Below are positions 55,854-64,000 of a stretch of 64,000 nucleotides of DNA, one piece after another. The stretch's first letter is position 1, and each line of letters opens with the position of its first letter. The translations under genes and the position numbers were made by a program. This DNA is from Nitrosopumilus sp. Its GTDB lineage: Archaea > Thermoproteota > Nitrososphaeria > Nitrososphaerales > Nitrosopumilaceae. The notes beneath the pieces are model-generated. The model ran no database searches. It worked only from the letters and a program-made list of their open reading frames with translations, and was not told the DNA's origin. The DNA is taken from positions 224,001-288,000 of the forward strand of contig CBDBLO010000002.1 in assembly GCA_965207075.1 (NCBI GenBank), read 5' to 3'.

Positions 55854-58683
55854 AAAGACGTTTGCAGAGTTCGGGTTCGAGAGCCTGACAGAGATCCAGT
55901 CAAAGGCCTCGCCCGTCATACTGCAGAAGCGCGACTGCCTGGCAGTAGCGCCCACCGGCTCCGGCAAGACGGAGTGCTCGATAATACCGATATTCTCCAT
56001 CCTCAGATCCGAGGGTTCCGGCAATGGCGGCCGCGGGGGCATCCGCGCCCTGTACATAACCCCGCTGCGGGCGCTCAACCGCGACGTGTTCCGGCGCATC
56101 TCGAGATACGCGGAGCTCTGCGGGCTTGAGATCGGCGTCAGGCACGGGGACACACCGCAGAGCCGCCGGCGAAAGATGGCCGAAAACCCCCCGGACGTCA
56201 TGATCACCACGCCCGAGACGCTGGTCGTGCTGCTGAGCCAGGAGAAGATGCTCGCCGCCCTTGCCAGCCTGGAGTGGGTCGTGATAGACGAGGTGCACGA
56301 GCTGCTTGCAAGCGAGCGGGGCTCGCAGCTCTCGCTTAGCCTGGAGAGGCTCGAGCTCAACTCCAAGAGGCCCCTTACCCGCATCGGGCTCTCCGCCACG
56401 GTGGGAAACGTGTCGGACGCGGCAAAGTTCGTCTCCGGCGCGCAGCGGCGCTGCCGCATCGTACAGGACAGGTCACTGAGAAAGTACGACGTTGACATCG
56501 AGTACGTGGAGGGCACCATATCGGACGCGGCCCGCGCCATACACGCGAAAATTGCGCAGTCCGGGCTGGACTCGCCCGTCCTGCTGTTTGCAAACACGCG
56601 CGGCGAGGCGGAATTTCTGGCGTCCATGCTAAAGGAGATCGGCAAGACGCCCGTCGAGCTGCACCACGGCTCCCTCTCCAAGTCAGTCAGGGAGGAGACC
56701 GAGCAGCTGCTCCGCGAGGGGGGCGGCCTCCGCATCATAGCGTGCACGTCGTCGCTTGAACTGGGAATCGACATCGGCTCAGTCGAGCTGGTGGTGCACT
56801 ACGGCTCCCCCCGGCAGGTCTCAAAGTTCGTCCAGCGGATAGGCCGCAGCAGGCACGTGCGCGACGCGTCGGCGCGGGGCCTGATAATCACGAACAGCGC
56901 GGACGACGAGCTGGAGGCGCGCGCCATAATGGAGCGTGTCGGCGCGGGGTCGATAGAGCAGCAGCGGATACACGTGGCGCCGCTCGACGTCTTGGCCCAC
57001 CACATGGTGGGACTCTCAATGCAGGCGGGCCCCCACAGCATCAGGGTGGACGCCGCGCTCGACGTGGTAAGGCGGGCCTATCCGTACCGCGACATTACGA
57101 TTGATGAGTTCTCGCAGGTCCTCGAGCAGCTGGACGCGAGCCGCCTGATCACATATGACCGGGACGGCATGACGTTTGAAAAGTCGGGCCGGTACATGCG
57201 CTACCACTACGAGAACCTGTCGACCATCCCGGACATGCTGAGGTTCAAGGTGTTTGACAGCACGAACCGCCGCATAATAGGGACGCTCGACCAGAGGTTC
57301 GTGGGGGACCACGGCGAGCAGGGCAACATCTTCGTGCTCAGGGGCTCGCAGTGGCGCATCCTCAACGTGGATGAAAAGTCGTTTGCGGTGAACGTGGAGC
57401 CCCTGCGGTCAGGCGGCGGTGGCGGCGACCCCGCCACGAGAACCGTCCCGTACTGGGAGGGCGAGAGCATTCCGGTGGACTATGAGACGGCCCGCAGGGT
57501 CGGCCTGTTCCGCGGCATGATAAGGAGCGGCAGGATGGAGGTCCAGAACAAGGTGATGGGGGGGCTGACCTTCGAGGTGGCCGCGTCAGGGGACGGTGAC
57601 GATGATCGCGGCAGTAACAGTGATGGCGGTGAAAACGGAAACAAAAACAGCAAAACCACCACCACCCCTCCAGACGTCATACCGGTCGAGTCGCAGCGCT
57701 CGCGCGGGGTAATAGTGCTGCACGGGTGCTTTGGCAGCAGGATAAACGCGACGCTCTCCACGCTGCTCTCCTCCATGCTCTCCGGCCTCACGGGCTCCAG
57801 AATAGACTCGCGCTCTGACGGGTACCGGATAGTCCTGTCGTCCTCGTCGGCCCGCATATACGAGCCGCTGCTCCTGCGGGTTCTCCGCGACGAGTACGAC
57901 GATCTGGCCGGAATGGTCGGCTCCTCGCTTGCGGGCACGCACAACGTCAACTGGCGCGTCTGGTGCGTGGCAAAGAGGTTCGGCGTGCTGGGCCGCGACG
58001 CCGTCTACGAGTCAAGGTCGGCCCGCTTTCTGTACGAGCGCTACACAGGCACGCCCGTCGTAAGGGAGGCGCTCAGGGAGCTGTTCCATGACAAGTACGA
58101 CCTGGACGGGTGCAGGGCAGTCCTAGAGGGCGTGCGCAGCGGCCGCATACGGGTGTCGTGGACCGAGGTGGACGGGTTCTCGGGGCTGGCGGCGCCCATC
58201 CTGGACCACACTGCCAGGTACTACTCGTCTCCCGCCGCGCTCGACCGCGGCATAATAGAGCTGGTAAAGGCCAGGCTGGCAAAGACAAAGCACCGCATAG
58301 TCTGCGTCCGCTGCGGCAGGTGGGAGCGGCTGGTCGAGACGCGCGACGTGGTGGGGCCGCTCGCGTGCCCGCACTGCAGGGGCAGGCAGGTAGCGGTGAC
58401 GTTCCATTCAGATACGGACCTGCCCGGCATAGTGCGCAAGAGGGCTGCAGGCCAGAGGGTTACGGCCGAGGAGAAGCGAAAGTTTGAGCGCGCATGGAAG
58501 GTCGCGTCGCTGATAGAGTCGTTTGGGCCCACCGCCGTCGTGGTGATGTCCGGGTACGGGGTGGGCGCCGACACGGCCGCGCGCATACTGCGCAACATGA
58601 TAGGCGGCGACGAGGACAACCTCATAAAGCAGATCTACGAGGCCGAGAGGCAGTATGTCGTGACGCGCGGGTTCTGGGACTGA
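55756..58683 (+). CDS. lhr: Lhr-family SF2 helicase with C-terminal Zn finger
   Basis: APTGSGKT, TPLRALNRD, TTPETL, DEVH, LSAT, HHGS, SSLELGID, QRIGRS; C..C...CPHC; start uncertain (55600, 55627 or 55756). Confidence 0.92.
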   Translation: MSTPPPRQQPPPLASKKRQGHPGQEEDRAAILEKTFAEFGFESLTEIQSKASPVILQKRDCLAVAPTGSGKTECSIIPIFSILRSEGSGNGGRGGIRALYITPLRALNRDVFRRISRYAELCGLEIGVRHGDTPQSRRRKMAENPPDVMITTPETLVVLLSQEKMLAALASLEWVVIDEVHELLASERGSQLSLSLERLELNSKRPLTRIGLSATVGNVSDAAKFVSGAQRRCRIVQDRSLRKYDVDIEYVEGTISDAARAIHAKIAQSGLDSPVLLFANTRGEAEFLASMLKEIGKTPVELHHGSLSKSVREETEQLLREGGGLRIIACTSSLELGIDIGSVELVVHYGSPRQVSKFVQRIGRSRHVRDASARGLIITNSADDELEARAIMERVGAGSIEQQRIHVAPLDVLAHHMVGLSMQAGPHSIRVDAALDVVRRAYPYRDITIDEFSQVLEQLDASRLITYDRDGMTFEKSGRYMRYHYENLSTIPDMLRFKVFDSTNRRIIGTLDQRFVGDHGEQGNIFVLRGSQWRILNVDEKSFAVNVEPLRSGGGGGDPATRTVPYWEGESIPVDYETARRVGLFRGMIRSGRMEVQNKVMGGLTFEVAASGDGDDDRGSNSDGGENGNKNSKTTTTPPDVIPVESQRSRGVIVLHGCFGSRINATLSTLLSSMLSGLTGSRIDSRSDGYRIVLSSSSARIYEPLLLRVLRDEYDDLAGMVGSSLAGTHNVNWRVWCVAKRFGVLGRDAVYESRSARFLYERYTGTPVVREALRELFHDKYDLDGCRAVLEGVRSGRIRVSWTEVDGFSGLAAPILDHTARYYSSPAALDRGIIELVKARLAKTKHRIVCVRCGRWERLVETRDVVGPLACPHCRGRQVAVTFHSDTDLPGIVRKRAAGQRVTAEEKRKFERAWKVASLIESFGPTAVVVMSGYGVGADTAARILRNMIGGDEDNLIKQIYEAERQYVVTRGFWD

Positions 58684-58760
58684 TACGCGCGGGACGGGGC
58701 CGCCCTCCCCTCGGCTGAGCCTGGCCGGAATTTTTTTAAAGATTCTAGAGTATCTACGGC

Positions 58761-59273
58761 ATGGCCGCGCCGTCTGGAGCGTCGGGCAAGTCCGCAACGG
58801 GCCCCAGCAGCTCGGAGGTGCTTGACGCGTTCGAGCCCCTGCTGAGGAACTTCATCGTGGAGACCCTCTCCTCCGTTGAGGGCTGGGAGGGCGCCTGCCT
58901 GCCCGGCGACATCAGGAAGGACGCGGAGCAGAGGCACCAGCACGAGAAAAAGATGAGCGACGTGCTGAACAAGCCAGCCCGTTCCATGTTTGACTATGTC
59001 AACTTTGACGCGTATGAGAGGATAATAACCCGGAGGGACAACTGGCGGAACCACTTTGAGCCGGTTTTTAGGCGCAAGGACGTTTTCTCGTACAAGATGG
59101 AGGTGATCAGGTCCGTTCGAAACGACGCAAGGCACGCCCGCGATCTTGACAATGTAAACCACCTGCGGCTCAGGCTTCACTGCTATGACATCATCTCCCA
59201 GATCTACGAGTCGCAAAGGCCCAACTTCCGGCGCGCTAGTCTGAAGAGAAAGTTCGGCCTGGCGCCAGCCTGA
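58761..59273 (+). CDS. Stand-alone Swt1-like HEPN-domain protein
   Basis: E..LR.FI, Y..F..Y..II...NW...F...F and intact RxxxxH (RNDARH, 59118-59135); own TATA TTTTTAAA. Confidence 0.8.
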   Translation: MAAPSGASGKSATGPSSSEVLDAFEPLLRNFIVETLSSVEGWEGACLPGDIRKDAEQRHQHEKKMSDVLNKPARSMFDYVNFDAYERIITRRDNWRNHFEPVFRRKDVFSYKMEVIRSVRNDARHARDLDNVNHLRLRLHCYDIISQIYESQRPNFRRASLKRKFGLAPA

Positions 59274-59361
59274 GGACTGATGGCCTTGGCGCATGGGCAT
59301 CCTGTTGTGCGGCGTCACGTGCACGTGTTGGAACCGGCGCGTTGATGCCACCGATTATCCG

Positions 59362-60915
59362 TCACTGATTGTCTGACTGGGGCTGGGGCTGGGTACTGCC
59401 GTCACTGCCCGCGCCGCCCTTGTCCTCGATGTTCCTGACCACGGAGTACTCGGTCAGTGTAAGGTCCGTCTCCTCGCCCATGCCGCGCTGCGCCCTGACG
59501 CCCGTTATGACGTATTTGCCCCCCATCTCGCACCGCTCAAGCGTCCTTGCGTGGTTTCTCCACGCCTTTAGCACGGCCTCGCCTGAGCCGTCTGCTACGA
59601 CCATCTCGGCAAGCGGTATCGTCTCGCCGCTCTTGGTCTGTATCTCCCTCGTGTCCGGCGCGTTTATCACTATGCAGTTGATGCAGTAAAGCGAGGGGCC
59701 GGCGTCCGGCCTCGCCTCTGTAATTGAGGTCGCGGCCTCGCGTAGCGTCGGAATCGATGCGGCCACGTCGCCCTCCGCGTTCCTGATAAACGAGCTGGAG
59801 TCTATCACGACGTTGGCACCGTGCAGCTGGGCCGGCATGCACTCTACAATCTCGCCCTCGTTGTATGCGGCCGATATCTGGTCCGTGTCGATGACAGAGT
59901 ACAGCGTTCCCATTGCGTCTATGCCCAGGATTGCCTGCCTGCCTGTCTGGGACGGAGGGGGCTTTGCCAGTATGCGCATCGTAATCGGCTCCATGGAGCT
60001 GCCGTCTGAGCCGCCCTCGTCCTGTATGATTATGCGCGTCGAGTCGTTCCCGTGTATCTCCATGGACTGCTGTTGTTGCTGCTGATCCGTCATCCTCGCC
60101 GAGACGCCGAGCAGTACGACCTTTGGCGACACGGACACTATCTTTTTTGGAACCGATGACATGTCCTTGCCCCACAGCACTACGCGCCTGGCCACCCCGT
60201 CATCGCCGCTGATCCTCATCTTTAGCGCCGTGGCGCGCTCGCCGGTCTGCTGCCTGGTGTACTCCATGAGCGTGATGTCGCCCTCCAGCTTGCCCGATAC
60301 GGCGAGGTTCGAGGCCCCCATTCCCGACGTCTGCCCTTCGCCGTCGCCCTGCATCTCTGGCAGCTTGCTCACGTCAATCGTTATGGACTCGATGGACGGT
60401 ATCTCCCGCCGCGGCTCTGCGACCGGCTCTATGTCGGTGCCCGATCCGACGTGGATTGCCAGCGAGCCGTCCCTGTCCTCCTTGATGTACGCCTTTGATA
60501 TCCTGATATAGTCGCCCGGATTCAGCTCGCTGATGCCCGGCAGGGTCGCCTTGTCGCCCCACAGCTTTACGCTTGCCGTATGGTCCGGACTGTCGTACAC
60601 CGACATGGTCCTCAGGGCCCCCTGCCCGCCGTCCTTCTGGGTGAACTTCCTGACTGACGACACGCTTAGCAGCCTGACCTCCAGGGTCACCTCGTTTGCC
60701 CCGGCGTACAGGTCCTTTATGCTGACGTCCGACTTGATCGGCTTCGCTATGGTGGCGCCGTACTCTCCGGCCACCAAGAATGCCGCACCCCTCTCAGTCA
60801 GGTACCCGGGGCCGACTGCCTCTATCTTGGCCGCTATGCGGCCCTTTATCTCCTCCCTGCTTGCGCCGGGGCTCTGCCTGATGATCTCGTCTATCAGCTC
60901 ATCGATATTCTGCAT
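59362..60915 (-). CDS. rpa: Replication protein A / multi-OB-fold ssDNA-binding protein
   Basis: GYLT..GA..LVA, several OB folds (VKLWG, VVLWG, I.TKSGE, D.SG...LKAW). Confidence 0.85.
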   Translation of the reverse strand: MQNIDELIDEIIRQSPGASREEIKGRIAAKIEAVGPGYLTERGAAFLVAGEYGATIAKPIKSDVSIKDLYAGANEVTLEVRLLSVSSVRKFTQKDGGQGALRTMSVYDSPDHTASVKLWGDKATLPGISELNPGDYIRISKAYIKEDRDGSLAIHVGSGTDIEPVAEPRREIPSIESITIDVSKLPEMQGDGEGQTSGMGASNLAVSGKLEGDITLMEYTRQQTGERATALKMRISGDDGVARRVVLWGKDMSSVPKKIVSVSPKVVLLGVSARMTDQQQQQQSMEIHGNDSTRIIIQDEGGSDGSSMEPITMRILAKPPPSQTGRQAILGIDAMGTLYSVIDTDQISAAYNEGEIVECMPAQLHGANVVIDSSSFIRNAEGDVAASIPTLREAATSITEARPDAGPSLYCINCIVINAPDTREIQTKSGETIPLAEMVVADGSGEAVLKAWRNHARTLERCEMGGKYVITGVRAQRGMGEETDLTLTEYSVVRNIEDKGGAGSDGSTQPQPQSDNQ

Positions 60916-61127
60916 CGTCTCGTCGATTTTGTGGGAGGAATGCTGTGTAATAAAAGTTCCAAACCACAATATTTTATGATCTTATTTTTGCGGCGGCCCC
61001 TGCATCGCCCCCCTCCCCTCGCCGGCATGCGTCTGGTGCGCGCGGACGGCTCCGCCACCCACTCGCGGGCCGCCTGCGCGTGTGGTGGATATTATTAGTA
61101 GGGGTGGCGGGAGGAAGGTTGGAGAAA

Positions 61128-62210
61128 ATGCCGCACGCCGATACCGCCGACACGTGCATCGATGCCAGACACATCTCAAAGATGTACGGCCAAACCAGCG
61201 CAGTAGACGACGTCACGTTCCGGGTGCGGCGTGGCCGCGTCTTTGGGTTTCTGGGGCCCAACGGGGCGGGCAAGTCCACCACCATCAAGATGCTGACCAC
61301 GCTGGTCAGGCCCACCTCCGGCGACATATCGATACTGGGCATCGACGCCATGAAGCGCCCCCTCCAGGTGCGCCAGAGGATAGGCGTGGTGCTGCAGCAG
61401 CCGAGCTACGAGCCCACGCTGTCGGTGGAAAAGGCGCTCGACAAGTACGGGATGATGTGGGGCGTGCCCAGGGGCATGCGCCGCGACAGGACCGAGTCGC
61501 TTCTGGAGGAGTTCGACCTGGCGGGGGTACGGAGCAGGCGCAACGAGGATCTCTCGATAGGGCAGCGCAGGCGCGTGCAGGTGGCCCGCGAGTTCATGCA
61601 CGACATGGACCTGCTGTTTCTGGACGAGCCGACGGTCGGCCTTGATCCCAATGCGCGCCGCGACCTGCTTGACTATCTGCAGAACCGCGTAAGGGCGACG
61701 GGGCTGAGCATCTTCTATACGACGCACATACTGACGGAGGCCGAGTACCTGTGCGACGAGATCGCGATAATGAACCGCGGCAGGCTGCTTGAGGTGGACA
61801 CGCCTGACGCCCTCAAGGCGAAGCTGGGGGACGAGAAGACCATAAAGATACACCTGCCGTACAGGCCCCCTAACATACGCGACCTGCTCTCTGGCATGGA
61901 CGGATGCCGCATCGAGTTTGGCGGCGATCACCGCTTTGGCGGCGGTGACGGCAACCGCACCGGCAACCGCACCACCATTACAATCCGCTCCTCCGAATCG
62001 GAGCTGGTGCTGCTCAGGGTACTGGGGATACTGCGCGAGAACCGCATCGAGATAGAGGACCTGTCGGCCGTTCCCACCAGCCTGGAGGAGATATTTCTGA
62101 ACATGACAGAAGAGCTGAGGGGGCAGCAGGGTGGTGGGCCGAATGCCGGCGCGGGGGGCGACGACGGCGGCGGCCGCCGGAACAGCCGGCGCGGGGGCAG
62201 GCGGGCATGA
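61128..62210 (+). CDS. ABC-2 (DrrA-like) exporter ATP-binding subunit
   Basis: GPNGAGKST, LSIGQ, LDEPTVGLD, TTH. Confidence 0.93.
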   Translation: MPHADTADTCIDARHISKMYGQTSAVDDVTFRVRRGRVFGFLGPNGAGKSTTIKMLTTLVRPTSGDISILGIDAMKRPLQVRQRIGVVLQQPSYEPTLSVEKALDKYGMMWGVPRGMRRDRTESLLEEFDLAGVRSRRNEDLSIGQRRRVQVAREFMHDMDLLFLDEPTVGLDPNARRDLLDYLQNRVRATGLSIFYTTHILTEAEYLCDEIAIMNRGRLLEVDTPDALKAKLGDEKTIKIHLPYRPPNIRDLLSGMDGCRIEFGGDHRFGGGDGNRTGNRTTITIRSSESELVLLRVLGILRENRIEIEDLSAVPTSLEEIFLNMTEELRGQQGGGPNAGAGGDDGGGRRNSRRGGRRA

Positions 62211-62974
62211 CGCACCCCATACTCCGGTTGGTAAACCGCAACATTACCATCTCGCTGAACCCGGGGTTCCTCATATGGCAGGTGATCTTCCCGCTGGTCT
62301 ACATCTTTATCGCGGGATTTGCATACGCGCCGCTCGTCCAGGGCATACAGTTTGGCGCGGACAAGGATCTTGGCTATCCCGCGTTCCTCGCGTCCGGCAT
62401 GATCGGATTCAACATAATGAACAGCACCTTGGTCTCTGGGATAATAATCTGGAACGACAGGCGGCACGGCATGTTTGAGCAGATAATGTCGGGGCCGTTC
62501 ACCAGGGGTCACTATATCATCAGCAACATATGCACGATTGCCATAGTCGGCCTGGTTAGCGCCGCGTTCATCATGGCAGTCGGCTATCCGGTCTTCTTTG
62601 AGGATGCAGAGATCTCGCTTGTTACCATACCGATCATCGTGTTTGGAGCGGTTGCGGGATCCGTGCTGTTCGGGTCGCTCGCGTCGATAATATCGACCAG
62701 GCTGCGCTCAAGCGAGGGGTTCAACGTTATCATCAATACGGTCTTTCTCTTCTTTGCGTTCGTGAGCACGGCCTTTTATCCGGCCGAGGGCGTCCAGGAG
62801 CCGCTGAGGACCGCGTTCTACCTCAACCCGCTGACATATCTGGTGGACGTGATAAGGGCAGGCATATTCGGCAGCGTCGACGCGTTCGTCGCGGTGGAGG
62901 TGGCGGTTCTGGCCGTCCTTGCGTGCGCGCTGTTTGTAGTGGCGTCCAGGTTGCTTACTCGGCTCAACGTGTGA
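62207..62974 (+). CDS. ABC-2 exporter permease
   Basis: About 6 TM, DR..G.....L..P, NPLTY.VD..R; ATGA overlap with the ATPase. Confidence 0.92.
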   Translation: MTHPILRLVNRNITISLNPGFLIWQVIFPLVYIFIAGFAYAPLVQGIQFGADKDLGYPAFLASGMIGFNIMNSTLVSGIIIWNDRRHGMFEQIMSGPFTRGHYIISNICTIAIVGLVSAAFIMAVGYPVFFEDAEISLVTIPIIVFGAVAGSVLFGSLASIISTRLRSSEGFNVIINTVFLFFAFVSTAFYPAEGVQEPLRTAFYLNPLTYLVDVIRAGIFGSVDAFVAVEVAVLAVLACALFVVASRLLTRLNV

Positions 62975-63060
62975 CTGTAATGTTGGTGGCGATGACGGCA
63001 GCGGCAACTGCAGTGACGGCAGCAACGGCGGCCTCCGCGCAAGTATGATGATGGCGATGA

Positions 63061-63138
63061 TGGTAGCCCGGCCCAGATTCGAACTGGGGTCGGAGGGACC
63101 AAAACCCTCCATGCTTGACCTGACTACACTACCGGGCT
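63061..63138 (-). tRNA. tRNA-Gln(UUG), CCA present in DNA
   Basis: AGCCCGG acceptor, anticodon arm GAGGG-TTTTGGT-CCCTC, T arm CCAGTTCGAATCTGG. Confidence 0.93.
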
Positions 63139-63239
63139 GACAGTAAACGGGCAGCTGCACATCCCTTAATGAACTTTTTAGATTGCGTTTTAGGCCGCCT
63201 GCGCAATAAGTTTTTTTAAAGAAGCCGCTGCGGTGTATC

Positions 63240-64000
63240 ATGGCGGCAAAAAGGACAGGTGGCAAAAAAGATAGCGGCAAGAGAGGCGGCAAGAGAGGCG
63301 GCAGGACCGCCCCTGATGGTGACAATGCCGGCAACGGCGCGCATGATCGCGCCATGACCGTGTCCGTGTTTGGGATGAGCACGGAGGGCTACGACATAGC
63401 GCGGCAGGCCGCCATAGACGGCGCGACCGTCTTTATCATAGACGAGTCGAACCCCACTGCAATCGAACTGAACGCGGAGATCGCCAGGACGTACCCGCAC
63501 ATATCCTCCCTGCAGGATGACGAGCCCATAATGTCACTCGAGCCGCTGCACGTGGCCGTCTCAAGGTCTGACTATCTGTTCTTTGCGCCGCGCATACGCG
63601 CTCAGCTGCACAGCACAAAGGCAAGCACGCACTCGCTCTTCAAGGATGCGGTAGAGCACGTCAAGGAGGGCGCCTCCGTGGTATTCTGCGTGCCGGTCGG
63701 CATCGGGGAGAGCAGCGAGTACGTGTCGATACTGCAGCACGATACCGGGCTCGAGGTGGGCTCGGAGGTGTCCTACTACTATTATCCGCTGGAGAGCGGC
63801 CGCCCGCCGCCCCGGATGGTCGGCTCCGTCGATCCCGGGAGGATCGACGGCCGGCTTGCCGCAATCTTCTCGCCTGATCCCGAGAACCCCGCGGAGTTCG
63901 CGACGCTGGCCGCGTCGGAGTACATACACGCAATGGAGATCGTATCCAGGTTTGCGTCCATATGCACCATGCTCGAGGTGGCGCAGTTCGTTCCAAGGGA
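63240..64000 (+). CDS. Partial CDS: divergent nucleotide-sugar dehydrogenase-like Rossmann protein (runs off window)
   Basis: Open frame from ATG 63240: MAAKRTGG...VSVFGMSTEGYDIA...FIIDE; TATA TTTTTAAA upstream. Confidence 0.65.
   Translation, partial: MAAKRTGGKKDSGKRGGKRGGRTAPDGDNAGNGAHDRAMTVSVFGMSTEGYDIARQAAIDGATVFIIDESNPTAIELNAEIARTYPHISSLQDDEPIMSLEPLHVAVSRSDYLFFAPRIRAQLHSTKASTHSLFKDAVEHVKEGASVVFCVPVGIGESSEYVSILQHDTGLEVGSEVSYYYYPLESGRPPPRMVGSVDPGRIDGRLAAIFSPDPENPAEFATLAASEYIHAMEIVSRFASICTMLEVAQFVPR

Noticed and set aside
1-64000. CRISPR array, rRNA, prophage structural genes, inteins
   Set aside because: No regularly spaced repeats, rRNA-like tracts, capsid/terminase motifs or intein-sized insertions seen by eye

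Overview
GC-rich archaeal chromosome segment. Gene content and protein style point to an ammonia-oxidising archaeon of the Nitrosopumilaceae (Thaumarchaeota), most like the high-GC sponge-symbiont lineages such as Cenarchaeum; this is inferred from protein similarity, not tested. The backbone is housekeeping: APS reductase and sat, AcnX pair, nth, nfo, glycosyltransferases, cdvB, three pieces of the anaerobic cobalamin pathway, rqc2, glyS, priL/priS, rps6e, aIF2 gamma and alpha, nop10, dpsL, metK, Lsm, RadB-like, Lhr, RPA, an ABC exporter, tRNA-Gly(CCC) and tRNA-Gln(UUG). Accessory patches: (i) a ~4 kb cassette between cbiT and cbiL with two paralogous membrane-anchored proteins, a complete IS5/ISL2-type element (16-bp TIRs, ATT duplication) and an ATGA-coupled operon of small membrane proteins; (ii) a hairpin, RelBE-like toxin-antitoxin pair and orphan Dam-like methylase; (iii) an orphan solute-binding protein with an IS481 element (16-bp flanking direct repeat) in its promoter; (iv) a CAP-domain gene inside the cob cluster; (v) a UvrD-PD-(D/E)XK helicase-nuclease and a stand-alone Swt1-type HEPN gene on either side of Lhr. 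Also notable: a MurI-like racemase with both catalytic Cys replaced by Ser, several microproteins below the ORF-track cutoff, and many low-complexity in-frame insertions in conserved enzymes. No CRISPR array or rRNA seen. All family calls come from visual motif recognition; no database search was run.
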